Source: Alphaproteobacteria bacterium (GTDB lineage Bacteria; Pseudomonadota; Alphaproteobacteria; Bin95). From it: a stretch of 64,000 nt of DNA. The notes under the pieces were generated by a model. That model made no database searches. It was not told the origin of the DNA and worked only from the letters and a program-made list of their open reading frames with translations. The position numbers were made by a program, and so were the translations under genes. This document shows, in pieces, positions 11,411-20,741 of this stretch. The first letter of the stretch is position 1. Each line of letters begins with the position of its first letter. The stretch is taken from assembly GCA_965205265.1 (NCBI GenBank), contig CBDBGH010000003.1:96001-160000 (forward strand). Reading direction: 5' to 3'.

Positions 11411-11792
11411 GACGGGGCCGTGCGAGCGGTTTCTTGCGGGGGCGGCCCTTCTTCAGCGTTACACCGTGGCGTTTCAGGAACCCCCGCATGGCGCGGTAGC
11501 CGAAGATCAGACCGCGCCGGGCCAGCACCGAGCGCAGCGCGGTGGCGGTCAAATCCGGATTTTTCGCGACGATGCCGAGGATCGCGTCGCGTTCGGCGTC
11601 GATGCGCCGGGGCGAGCGGTCGCCGCCCATCGGGCGGCGCTCCGGGCTGCCGTTCTCGCGTTCGAGCGCGCGCCAGTTCACGATGGTGTTCACGCTTATG
11701 CGGAACCGCGCCGCCGCCGCCCGGTAGGACAGCCCTTCAGCGACGGCTTCGAGCACGCGAACCCTGAGATCGTAGGAAAGGGGTTTCGCCAT
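11292..11792 (-). CDS. IS630-family OrfA-like HTH protein with no DDE partner
   Basis: MAKPLSYDLRVRVLEAVAEGLSYRAAAARFRIS...PMGGDR...FLKRHGVTLKK resembles the IS630 N-terminal ORF; no catalytic ORF follows. Confidence 0.75.
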   Translation of the reverse strand: MAKPLSYDLRVRVLEAVAEGLSYRAAAARFRISVNTIVNWRALERENGSPERRPMGGDRSPRRIDAERDAILGIVAKNPDLTATALRSVLARRGLIFGYRAMRGFLKRHGVTLKKGRPRKKPLARPRRGGHVKPARMISAGAPAGADRAAPARPAGDAGSGQGAGV

Positions 11793-11828
11793 ATCCGCCG
11801 GACCTCCCTTGCCGGCGGGGCCGGTTTG

Positions 11829-11849
11829 GAACAAAATAAGAATATTGTA
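11829..11849 (-). promoter_or_regulatory. LexA-like SOS box next to a -10 element
   Basis: GAAC-aaaataa-GAAT at 11829-11843 (alphaproteobacterial consensus GAAC-N7-GAAC); minus-strand TACAAT immediately upstream. Confidence 0.55.
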
Positions 11850-12235
11850 AAGGGCCGAACGCGCCGGCCGCGCAGATCCGGCAAAGCTGCCGCAGACTGC
11901 GCACCGACCTGCGGATCGGACGGAATGCCTCGCGGGCGAGGTCATGGCGATGCGCCGGGAGGAGCCTGCCCGGCCTGTGACGGTGGGAGCGGACATGGCC
12001 CATAATACGGCGGCGTTCGTCGGGACCCGCAAAGCCTTCGGCGCCTGGCCGGCAAGGCTTTCCGTCCGCAAGTCCGCACTGCTGCACCGAAATCCGCTGC
12101 CTCGTTCCCTCCGAAGAAATCCACCCGACCGATACGTTCGCGCCGACAGGCACCCATAGGAATCGCGACTTGCCGCGTTCTTCCGCAGCCTGCCAGGACG
12201 CTACAATCCGCGTCCGATGCACGGAGTTCTGAAAG

Positions 12236-12967
12236 ATGCTCGATCCCGCCCGGTACGACGCAATAACATTCGACTGCTATGGAACACTCATAGATTGGGA
12301 CACCGGCGTTGCGAACGCATTCGGCCCATGGGCTGTGAAGACCGGATTTGCCGGGTCCATCGCTAACCTGGTTGAGCGTTTCGCCCGCCATCAAAGAGAG
12401 AGGCAAATTGTTCGACCGGCGCTCAACTATCGGGATGTGATACTTCAGGCTTTCGAGGGCGCTGCCGGCGATCTGGGGGGCTTCGTGTCCGACGAGGACC
12501 TGGCGGCGTTCAGCCGGAGTGTGGGCACCTGGCCCTGTTTCCCCGACACAATCGACGCACTTCGGAACCTGAAAGCCAGGGGATTCCACCTCGGGATCGT
12601 GTCGAATGTGGACAACGCCTCCTTTGAGGATACGCACAAGCGGTTGGGGGGGATGATCGACACCGTGGTGACCGCGGAGACGGTTGGCGCCTACAAGCCT
12701 GACTTGAAGATGTTCGAGGCGCTCTTTTCAGCCCTTGCCGCGCGCGGGATCGCGCGAAAAAGGATTCTTCATGTCGCCCAAAGCCGCTTCCACGACGTTG
12801 CGCCCGGCAATGAACTCGGCCTGAATGTTGTCTGGATCGACCGCCGGCATGGCCGACCCGGCAAAGGTGTCACGATCCCGTCGGACGCCAGGCCGCTGAT
12901 AAGGTTCGATAGTCTTGAGACGATGGTTGACAGCCTGAACCGTAACTCGCGCACGCTTAATGTTTGA
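12236..12967 (+). CDS. HAD-family haloacid dehalogenase-like hydrolase
   Basis: TFDCYGTLIDW, SNVD, AYKP, HVAQSRFHD; lower GC than the flanks. Confidence 0.9.
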   Translation: MLDPARYDAITFDCYGTLIDWDTGVANAFGPWAVKTGFAGSIANLVERFARHQRERQIVRPALNYRDVILQAFEGAAGDLGGFVSDEDLAAFSRSVGTWPCFPDTIDALRNLKARGFHLGIVSNVDNASFEDTHKRLGGMIDTVVTAETVGAYKPDLKMFEALFSALAARGIARKRILHVAQSRFHDVAPGNELGLNVVWIDRRHGRPGKGVTIPSDARPLIRFDSLETMVDSLNRNSRTLNV

Positions 12968-12969
12968 CC

Positions 12970-13024
12970 GTATGCGGTGCGGGCACCCCACCTTCATCCG
13001 GGCCTGGCGATGTGGGGGTTAGAG
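12970..13024 (+). mobile_element. Solo IS66 left-end fragment
   Basis: GTATGCGGTGCGGGCACCCCACCTTCATCCGGGCCTGGCGATGTGGGGGTTAG closely matches the IS66 left end at 34520. Confidence 0.8.
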
Positions 13025-13069
13025 CACGATCCGATCCGTATGGATCGAATGTTTGTCGACGGGTAGCCG

Positions 13070-13479
13070 CGGACCTTGAAGACTACAAGACCGGCCCCGC
13101 GCGCGGTGTCGCTCGGCAAGGCGGCGCAGGGGCTGATCGAGACCCTGCCCGGTACCCGCAAGAAGGACGTTCCTGTTTCCGCGTCATGCGGAGAAACGCG
13201 GAACGGGGAGCTTCGACGGCTGGCGGCGCGCGGTCTGCGAGGATGCCCGGCTCGGCAGGCTCCGCCTGCATGACCTTCAGCACACGGCAGCCAGCCAGGC
13301 CGTTGCGGCAGGCGAGAATCTGCCGCTGGTGGCTGCCCGGCCACCGACGGCACCGGATGACAGCGGGCTACGCCCACCTTGCCGACGGATACCTTGTCGA
13401 AGCGGCGGAGAAGGTCGGAGCAATCATCGCTGCCGCGATGGCGAGTCAACGCCCACGACCGATAACGCATCGGCAATAG
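13070..13479 (+). pseudogene. Tyrosine recombinase/integrase remnant
   Basis: Fragments in different frames: DYKTGP / RAVSLGKAAQGLIETLPG and GHRRHRMTAGYAHLADGYLVEAAEKVG (box II GH...YAHL). Confidence 0.7.
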
Positions 13480-13521
13480 CACCGCAGCGCTCCGGGCCGC
13501 AGAGCACATCGAAGGCGCGCA

Positions 13522-14163
13522 TCAATCCGGGGCGAGCGTGTCGCCCGTGTAAAAGGCCGCCGTCCGCTGCGCCGCTGCGCGCGCAATGTCGGGGTCCGTT
13601 CCCGCTGCCTCGGCCGCCCGGCCCCACGCTGCGCTGCTTCCGACGATGAGCGCCCTTCCGTCACGAGTCGTGTGGAACGTTGCCGCGTCCAGCTTGGGTT
13701 CGTTCGGCCGCGCAAGATGCAGTTCCATCCCCAGCAGGCCCATCTCCCAACCTACGCCAACGGCGCCGGGACCGAACTCGTGCCAGTGGTCGGACACCAG
13801 CGCGGTATGTGTAATCGCAAGGCGCGAGCGGCCGGTACCGTCGCTGCACAGACGCGCCTCCACCCAGCTCACGTCACCGCCGAACTCCCACGTCAGCCCG
13901 AGATGCGAGGGAGGCTCGCAATGCCCGATCGTGCCGCCTGCGTTTCCCTCCAGCTGGTAGCGCCCGCCGGGTTCCAGGCGGCCGCTGACCGGCAGGAACC
14001 AGCGCGGGATTCGTTCCGCGCTCGTCACGGCGTCCCAGAGGTCCTCCACTGTCGTCACGTAGCTGCGGGCGAGGGTGACCGCGCGCGCGGCCTGTCCGTC
14101 GCGCTCCAGGGACGACACTGTGCGCTCCACGGCGCCGAGAAGGCGTTCGACATCCAGATCCAT
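13522..14163 (-). CDS. SRPBCC (Aha1-like) domain protein
   Basis: DLWDAVTSAERIPRWFLPVSG, GPGAVGVGWE. Confidence 0.85.
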   Translation of the reverse strand: MDLDVERLLGAVERTVSSLERDGQAARAVTLARSYVTTVEDLWDAVTSAERIPRWFLPVSGRLEPGGRYQLEGNAGGTIGHCEPPSHLGLTWEFGGDVSWVEARLCSDGTGRSRLAITHTALVSDHWHEFGPGAVGVGWEMGLLGMELHLARPNEPKLDAATFHTTRDGRALIVGSSAAWGRAAEAAGTDPDIARAAAQRTAAFYTGDTLAPD

Positions 14164-14262
14164 CGCTTCTCCGTTTCGTCAGGCAGGCGGCTATCCAAAT
14201 GCCACTGTGTAAAGCAAATCGAGCCGCGTGGACGAGCACGAGCGCCGACAGGGGGCCCGGCG

Positions 14263-15048
14263 CTACATGCCTTCGCGGACCACGGGGTTGGAGAGGGTGC
14301 CGAGGCCGGTGATCTCGATTTCGCAGAGGTCGCCATGCGCCATGTTCGGCCCGGCGCCCTCCGTTCCCATCCAGACCACGTCGCCCGGCACGAGCGTCAG
14401 ATAGCGGGACATGCGGGCGATGAAGGTCTCGACGGAGAAGATCATCGAATCGGTGGCGAAGCGGATCGTCTCCTCACCGTTCAGGCGCACGACGGTTTCC
14501 GTGCCGGCAGGGTCGAATTCGGTGTCGATCCAGGGGCCCATCGGCGCGAAGCTGTCTGTGTTCTTAGCCCGCCAGAGGGTGCGGTCATGCGCCTGCCAGT
14601 GGCGCTCGGAGACATCGTTGCCGATGGTGTAGCCGAGCAGGTGGCCGCGCACCTCGTCCTCGCGGATATGGCGCGCCGTCCGCCCGATCACCGCCACCAG
14701 CTCCGCCTCGTATTGCACGCGCCCGGTTGCGTCCGCCGGGATCACGATGGGGCATTTGTGGCCGGTGAGCGCGTTGACGGCGCGGTAGCCGATATCCGCG
14801 CTTTCCGGCAGGGAGGGAACCTCGCCGCGCTTGTTCGCGGCCGCCACGGCGTGCTCGGGATAGTTGAGGCCGGCTGCGTAGAAGGTGGGAGGCACGACCG
14901 GCGGCAGGAAGGCGGCGGTTTCCAGCGGGATACGATCCCCGGTCGGCGCATGGTCGCCGAAGGGGGAACCCCTGACTGTCGCGATGCTGTCGCCCTCGAC
15001 AACGCCGTAGCAGGGGCCGTCCGCCGTTTCGATCCGCGCCCAGCGCAT
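14263..15048 (-). CDS. Fumarylacetoacetate hydrolase family protein
   Basis: GLNY, YEAELVAVIG, GYTIGNDVSER, RAKNTDSFAPMGP. Confidence 0.92.
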   Translation of the reverse strand: MRWARIETADGPCYGVVEGDSIATVRGSPFGDHAPTGDRIPLETAAFLPPVVPPTFYAAGLNYPEHAVAAANKRGEVPSLPESADIGYRAVNALTGHKCPIVIPADATGRVQYEAELVAVIGRTARHIREDEVRGHLLGYTIGNDVSERHWQAHDRTLWRAKNTDSFAPMGPWIDTEFDPAGTETVVRLNGEETIRFATDSMIFSVETFIARMSRYLTLVPGDVVWMGTEGAGPNMAHGDLCEIEITGLGTLSNPVVREGM

Positions 15049-15184
15049 GGCGCATCCTCCAATTTCCAGGTCGGGCCATTCGTGGCCTGCCCCCAACCGC
15101 CGGTCAAGTCCGCGCTGTGTCCCCGAGGGGCGGCAGCCTGCATAATGGCGGTTCCATCGCTCGCAGGGGAAAGGGCAGAGGCAC

Positions 15185-16777
15185 ATGGTCGATCTCGCGC
15201 ATCTCACGCTTGCCGGGGCCTCGCGGGCCATTGCGGCGGGGCAGTTGTCCTCGGTCGAATTGGTAGAGGCGACGCTCGCGCGCATCGAGGCCTATGACGC
15301 GCGTCTCGACAGCCATGTGACGGTGATGGCGGAGAGCGCGCTGGCGGACGCCGGGGCGGCGGATGCCGAGATTGCGGCGGGGCGCCGCCGGGGGCCGCTG
15401 CACGGCGTCACCGTCGCGCTCAAGGACATCTACGACACCGCCGGCGTGCTGACCGCCGGCGGCTCGAAGACGCAGCAGGACCGCGTGCCGGCCGAAGACG
15501 CCGAGACGGTGCGCCGGCTGAAGGCGGCGGGCGCCGTCATCACCGGCAAGCTCGCCACGCACGAGTTCGCGCATGGCGGCCCGAGTTTCGACCTGCCCTG
15601 GCCGCCCGCCCGGAACCCTTGGAACACCGACCATTTCTCCGGCGGCTCGTCCAGCGGCTCCGGCGTTGCGGTAGCGGCGGGTCTTTGCCTGGGCGCGCTC
15701 GGCACCGACACCGGCGGCTCCATAAGGGGACCGGCCGCGCTGTCCGGCGTCGCCGGGCTGATGCCGAGCTACGGGCTGGTCAGCCGGCGCGGCGTCATCC
15801 CCAACTCCTTCACCTTCGACCATTGCGGGCCGCTCGCCTGGACGGCGGAGGACTGCGCGCTGCTGCTCGATGCGCTGGCCGGCCACGACCCGGAGGACCC
15901 GCGCTCCTCGACCCGCCCGCAGCAGCCCGCGCCGCCTTCGATGGCGGGGCTGCGCATCGGCCTGCTGCGGCACTACTGGGAGGAGGACCTGAAATGCGCA
16001 CCGGAAATGGTCGCCGCCTGCGAGCACATGGCGGCGGTTTTCCGCAGCCTCGGCGCAAGCGTGGAGACGGCGCGCATGCCGCCGGTGCAGGACTGGTACG
16101 ACGTCAAGATCACGATTGCCGAGAGCGAGCTGTTCAACGTCCACCGGCGCGACCTCCAGAGGCGCCCGCGCGACTTCGGACAGGACTTCCTCTCCCGCGC
16201 GCTCGGCGCCGTCTGCTACACCTCGCAGGACTACATCGCCGCGCACCGGCGCTGGCGGCAGCTACGGCGCGCGATGGAGCCGGTCTATGAGCGCTTCGAT
16301 ATATTGATCGCGCCCTCGGCGACAGGCCCCGCGCCGCGCCTCGACGCGCACGACACCGCGAATTTCTGGCTCTATCCCAGCATCACCACGCCCTTCGACG
16401 TGACCGGCGGGCCCGCGCTGACGGTGACGGCAGGCTACTCGGAGGGCGGCCTGCCGCTCGGCGTGCAGATCGCCGCCGCGCCCTTCCACGACCGGACCGT
16501 GCTGGCGGCGGGCCAGGCCTTCGAGGCAGCGACCGAATGGCGGAGCCGCCGCCCGGCGCTGGAGGCCGGCCCGCCGCCGGAGCGCGAGGCGGTCTCCCTG
16601 CCGGCGCCGGTCCTGCCCCCGGAAGGCAAGCTGTTGGACGAGGTGCGGATGCTCGCCGCCGCCGCCGGCCTGCCGGACGACGATTATGTGCTTGCCCTGA
16701 TCGCCGAAGGCGCCCCCCATGCCCGCGCCATGGGCAAGCGGCTGGACAGGGACTACGGCTACGGCGACGAGATTTGA
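15185..16777 (+). CDS. Amidase signature family protein
   Basis: LKD, GGSSSGS, GTDTGGSIRGPA. Confidence 0.93.
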   Translation: MVDLAHLTLAGASRAIAAGQLSSVELVEATLARIEAYDARLDSHVTVMAESALADAGAADAEIAAGRRRGPLHGVTVALKDIYDTAGVLTAGGSKTQQDRVPAEDAETVRRLKAAGAVITGKLATHEFAHGGPSFDLPWPPARNPWNTDHFSGGSSSGSGVAVAAGLCLGALGTDTGGSIRGPAALSGVAGLMPSYGLVSRRGVIPNSFTFDHCGPLAWTAEDCALLLDALAGHDPEDPRSSTRPQQPAPPSMAGLRIGLLRHYWEEDLKCAPEMVAACEHMAAVFRSLGASVETARMPPVQDWYDVKITIAESELFNVHRRDLQRRPRDFGQDFLSRALGAVCYTSQDYIAAHRRWRQLRRAMEPVYERFDILIAPSATGPAPRLDAHDTANFWLYPSITTPFDVTGGPALTVTAGYSEGGLPLGVQIAAAPFHDRTVLAAGQAFEAATEWRSRRPALEAGPPPEREAVSLPAPVLPPEGKLLDEVRMLAAAAGLPDDDYVLALIAEGAPHARAMGKRLDRDYGYGDEI

Positions 16778-16968
16778 CGGCGGCGGGACGCTTCGCGCCA
16801 GATGCCGGCGGAGTCATTGTATTCCCCGGCGTCGATGGCGGTCTGTATTGGATCATCGCCATCGAAGAGGTCTTCCGGCAGGTTCAGATGCCCGAGCGGA
16901 GCCGACTCCCGGTCCCCTGCCTCGGTCGCCGAAACCATGCGGGGTTGGAGTTCTTGCCCTTTGGCCAT
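16759..16968 (-). CDS. Small acidic hypothetical protein
   Basis: ATG preceded by AGGAGAAGGA; MAKGQELQPRM...PLGHLNLPEDLFDGDD. Confidence 0.35.
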   Translation of the reverse strand: MAKGQELQPRMVSATEAGDRESAPLGHLNLPEDLFDGDDPIQTAIDAGEYNDSAGIWREASRRRQISSP

Positions 16969-17120
16969 AACGATTCCTTCTCCTGCTTTGGCCCACCCGG
17001 ACCGGCCCGGCGACTTCCGGGCCAACTTACACCACATCTATGTCGGTCGGTGCCAGGTGGAGCGAGCAGTCAAAGACTCCAGTTGTCTAGTGACAACTTT
17101 TATTGCAAGGCTTATATGGA

Positions 17121-17387
17121 ATGAGAGCCCGACACCCGAACAAGGACATCGAAGCAGCACTCTCGCAATTGGAAGCCGCCGGTTGGACAGTGCAGAATGC
17201 CAAGGGCCGTAGTTCGCATGCTTGGGGCTTTGCACTCTGCCCGGCGAATGCCGGGAACCTCTGCCGGTCCGGAGAGTTTTGCCGCATGTCTGTCTGGAGC
17301 ACGCCGAGAAACCCGAGAGCCCATGCCAGAGGTTTGGTTTCGAAGGCCGCCGGCTGCGTATTGAGGGAAGGCGGAGACGATGTCTGA
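17121..17387 (+). CDS. HicA-like putative toxin (Cys-containing variant)
   Basis: RHPNKDIEAAL...GWTV...SHAWG...C...MSVWSTPRNP; overlaps the downstream gene. Confidence 0.65.
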   Translation: MRARHPNKDIEAALSQLEAAGWTVQNAKGRSSHAWGFALCPANAGNLCRSGEFCRMSVWSTPRNPRAHARGLVSKAAGCVLREGGDDV

Positions 17388-17922
17388 AAGGGAATTCGAG
17401 TTCGACCTGATTTTTGCGCTCCCTGTGGGTGGGCTGGACGAAGGCGCGATTCTCGACGCGCTTCACGAAGCCGGATGCGACGATGCGGTAGTTGGCGTTG
17501 GCAGACCGGGTTCAATCGGTCTGGCGTTCATCCGGGCCGGACGGGACCCTGAGGCCGTTATCGTCGAAGCGGTCGGGCAGGCCGCGGCCGCGCTTCCCGA
17601 GGGGGCCGAGCTTCGGGAGGTCCGGCCTGATCTGGTGAGTCTTGCGGATGTTGCGGCCCGGTTGCAGGTGACGCGGCAGGCGCTGCAAAAGCGGCCCATG
17701 CCGCCTCCTTCCCTCGGCGGGCTGTACCGGGCCTCGGAAATGCCTGAACGGCTGCTCGCAGGCCGAAGCAAATTGAGGGACCGTTACCTTGCGTCGCGGG
17801 CATGGTTCGACGCCGCGCCGGGCGCGCAGCGGGTAAATGCGAAGCTTGGCCTTGGGGAGTTCATCCATCGGCCCAAACCCACAGAGACGGATGCAAGGCG
17901 CGTTGGTAGCGCTTCCACCTGA
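17380..17922 (+). CDS. Putative antitoxin / HTH DNA-binding protein
   Basis: FEFDLIFAL...LHEAGCDDA...PDLVSLADVAARLQVTRQALQK (HTH); coupled to the HicA-like gene. Confidence 0.65.
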   Translation: MSEREFEFDLIFALPVGGLDEGAILDALHEAGCDDAVVGVGRPGSIGLAFIRAGRDPEAVIVEAVGQAAAALPEGAELREVRPDLVSLADVAARLQVTRQALQKRPMPPPSLGGLYRASEMPERLLAGRSKLRDRYLASRAWFDAAPGAQRVNAKLGLGEFIHRPKPTETDARRVGSAST

Positions 17923-17997
17923 GAACGCTGCGTCCGTGGCCCGCCCGCGGGGCTGGGGCTACTCTTGCAACGACGAAGCCGGACGGGAGCACGGGCC

Positions 17998-18609
17998 ATG
18001 GCGATCACGCTTTACCACTGCGCGCAGGCGCGTTCGATGCGCTGCGTGTGGACCCTGGAGGAGATGGGGCTCGACTACAAGCTGGTGACGCTGGAGTTCC
18101 CGCCGCGCGTCCACCACAAGGACTACAAGCAGGTGAACCCGCTCGGCACCGTGCCCTGCCTGATCGACGGCGACGTCTGGATGACGGAGTCGGGCGCGAT
18201 CTGCCATTACCTCGTGGACCGCTACGGCCCGACGCCGCTCCGCGTCGCGGCCGACGAGCCAGACTACCCCCTCTGGCTCGACTGGCTGCACCGCAGCGAC
18301 GCCACCCTCACCTTCCCGCAGACGCTCGTCTTCCGCTACCGCGACCTGGAGCCGGAGGAACGCCGCCTGCCGCAGGTCGTGGAGGACTACCGGCTCTGGT
18401 TCCTCGGCCGGCTGCGGGTGCTGGAGGCGGCGCTGGAGGACCGCGACTATCTCTGCTCGGGGCGTTTCATGATTGCCGATATCGCCATCGTCTGGGCGCT
18501 GCATTTCGCCGGGCGGATCGGCATTGGGGAAGCCTTCACGCCCAATATCCAGGCCTATTGGGACCGCACCACCGCTCGCCCCGCCTTCGCCCGCGCCGCC
18601 GCGCTTTGA
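17998..18609 (+). CDS. Glutathione S-transferase family protein
   Basis: NPLGTVPCL, ESGAI, ADI. Confidence 0.92.
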   Translation: MAITLYHCAQARSMRCVWTLEEMGLDYKLVTLEFPPRVHHKDYKQVNPLGTVPCLIDGDVWMTESGAICHYLVDRYGPTPLRVAADEPDYPLWLDWLHRSDATLTFPQTLVFRYRDLEPEERRLPQVVEDYRLWFLGRLRVLEAALEDRDYLCSGRFMIADIAIVWALHFAGRIGIGEAFTPNIQAYWDRTTARPAFARAAAL

Positions 18610-18686
18610 ACCGGAAACATCCGTCGGGCAAAGAGGGCCTGTTGGACCGGGCGCTGTATCGGCGACCCCGGATGCGGGGAATTTGA

Positions 18687-19412
18687 ATGCGGCTTGTCGC
18701 CTGGAACTGCAATGGTGCGCTGCATCGGAAATTCGAAGCGCTTCTGGCGCTGGGGCCGGATATTGCGGTCATATCCGAATGCGCCGACCCGGAGGTGCTG
18801 GGCAGCAAATGCAGCCTTCCGGCTTTTTCCGCTTCGCCGGTCTGGACCGGTCGGAACCGGAACAGGGGACTGGCGGTCTTCTTCTTCAACGGGTCGCGCG
18901 GATGCATTCACGGTCGATTCAGGACGGATCTGCAATGGATAACTCCGGTCGAAGTCCACGCGCCGCGGCGCTTCAATCTTCTCGCCGTGCTGGCGCATAC
19001 CTTCGGTCTCCGCAAGGCGGAAGCGGGACCGGTGAACGAGGCGCTCGACTTCTACCGTCAGTTCCTGACCGGGGAAGACGCCGTGCTTGCCGGTGACTTC
19101 AACCACAATGTCATCTGGGACAAGCGGGGATGGGCAGGCAATCACCGGGACACGGTTGACGTTCTCGATGGCTGCGGTCTGGTCAGCGCCTATCATGCAG
19201 CGACCGGCGAGCCGCAGGGAGAGGAAGGTGCGGCGACGATCTATTGGCGCGACCGCAGGAAGGACGGACCGACCTATCACATCGACTACATCTTTATCCC
19301 GCGGACATGGGCCGCAAGACCGTTCGATTTGCGGGTTGAGCCGTTCGAGAACTGGGTAGGAGAAGGATTGAGCGACCACGTGCCGCTGGTCCTCGACATT
19401 CGAAACGGCTGA
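18687..19412 (+). CDS. Endonuclease/exonuclease/phosphatase family protein
   Basis: AWNCN, ISEC, AGDFN, HIDYIF, SDHVP. Confidence 0.9.
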   Translation: MRLVAWNCNGALHRKFEALLALGPDIAVISECADPEVLGSKCSLPAFSASPVWTGRNRNRGLAVFFFNGSRGCIHGRFRTDLQWITPVEVHAPRRFNLLAVLAHTFGLRKAEAGPVNEALDFYRQFLTGEDAVLAGDFNHNVIWDKRGWAGNHRDTVDVLDGCGLVSAYHAATGEPQGEEGAATIYWRDRRKDGPTYHIDYIFIPRTWAARPFDLRVEPFENWVGEGLSDHVPLVLDIRNG

Positions 19413-19552
19413 CCGAGGCTCAGGCCGGCATATCCCGCCCATCGCCCTTCGTTAAACGATGTTGACGAACCCTCGCCGGCGCGGCCGGATATCGCCAGTC
19501 GGTCAACGAGTGCGGGGCGCCGGCGCGCCCGGCCTGCTGCGAGTACACGGCC

Positions 19553-20668
19553 ATGGCTGCTGCGCCCCGTTTCACCCGCCTGGTCGAGAGCCTGCCCTCG
19601 ACGATCCCCTTCGTCGGACCGGAGACGCTGGAGCGCCGCCTGGGGGAGGCGTTCCGCGTCCGCGTCGGCGCGAACGAGAGCGCCTTCGGCATTTCCCCAA
19701 GAGCGGCCGAAGTCATGCGCGAAGCCGTCGGCAATGTCTCCTGGTACAACGACCCGGAGGGCTATGAGCTCCGCAGCGCCATTGCCGCGCTGCACGGCGT
19801 TTCCATCGACGAAGTGCTGCTGGGCGCGGGCATCGACGAGATGCTGGGCAATGTCGTGCGCATGGTCGTCGAGCCGGGGCAGCCGGTCATTACCTCGCTC
19901 GGCGCCTATCCGACCTTCAACTACCATGTTGCCGGCTTCGGCGGGGTGCTGGAAGCGGTGCCCTACCGCGACGACCTGATCGACCTGGAAGCCCTGCTCG
20001 ACGCCGTGCGCCGGCTGGAGGCGCCGCTCGTTTTCCTCGCCAATCCCGACAACCCGATGGGCACCTGGCACGACGCGGCCGCGGTGCGCGCCTTCATCGA
20101 CGAGCTGCCGGAATGGACGCTGCTGGTGCTGGACGAGGCCTATATCGAGTTTGCGCCCGCCTCGGCGGTGTTCCCCATCGAAGCGGATGACCCGCGCGTC
20201 ATCCGCATGCGCACCTTCTCCAAGGCGCATGGCATGGCGGGAGCCCGCATCGGCTATGCCATCGCGCCTGCCCGGACCATCGGCGGCCTCGGGCGCATCC
20301 GCAACCATTTCGGCGTCAACCGCATCGCGCAGGCCGGCGCGCTTGCCTCGCTCCATGACACGGATTTCATCGCCTCCGTGGTCCGGGACGTCGAGCGCGG
20401 GCGCAACGAATACTACGCGCTCGCCCAGCGGCTCGGGCTCTCCACCGTGCAGTCCGCGACCAACTTCGTCGCTATCGACATGGGCGGCGACGGCGAGAAG
20501 GCCCGCGCGGTGCTGGCGCGGCTGCAGGACGAAGGCGTGTTCGTGCGCATGCCGGGCGTCGCCCCGCTCGACCGCTGCATCCGGGTGACGGTGGGAACGG
20601 CGGAGGAACGCGCGCTGTTCGCGGAAGTCTTCGAGGCCGTGGCCGCCGAATTCACGGGGCAAGGCTGA
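19553..20668 (+). CDS. PLP-dependent class I/II aminotransferase (HisC-like)
   Basis: GANES, NPDNPMG, DEAY, RTFSKAHGMAGARIGY. Confidence 0.9.
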   Translation: MAAAPRFTRLVESLPSTIPFVGPETLERRLGEAFRVRVGANESAFGISPRAAEVMREAVGNVSWYNDPEGYELRSAIAALHGVSIDEVLLGAGIDEMLGNVVRMVVEPGQPVITSLGAYPTFNYHVAGFGGVLEAVPYRDDLIDLEALLDAVRRLEAPLVFLANPDNPMGTWHDAAAVRAFIDELPEWTLLVLDEAYIEFAPASAVFPIEADDPRVIRMRTFSKAHGMAGARIGYAIAPARTIGGLGRIRNHFGVNRIAQAGALASLHDTDFIASVVRDVERGRNEYYALAQRLGLSTVQSATNFVAIDMGGDGEKARAVLARLQDEGVFVRMPGVAPLDRCIRVTVGTAEERALFAEVFEAVAAEFTGQG

Positions 20669-20741
20669 GCGCCGGGTTTGATTCGATCTTTCGCTCTACG
20701 GTTTTGTTCGCTTATTTATTGTGATAATTCCAACAATATTA

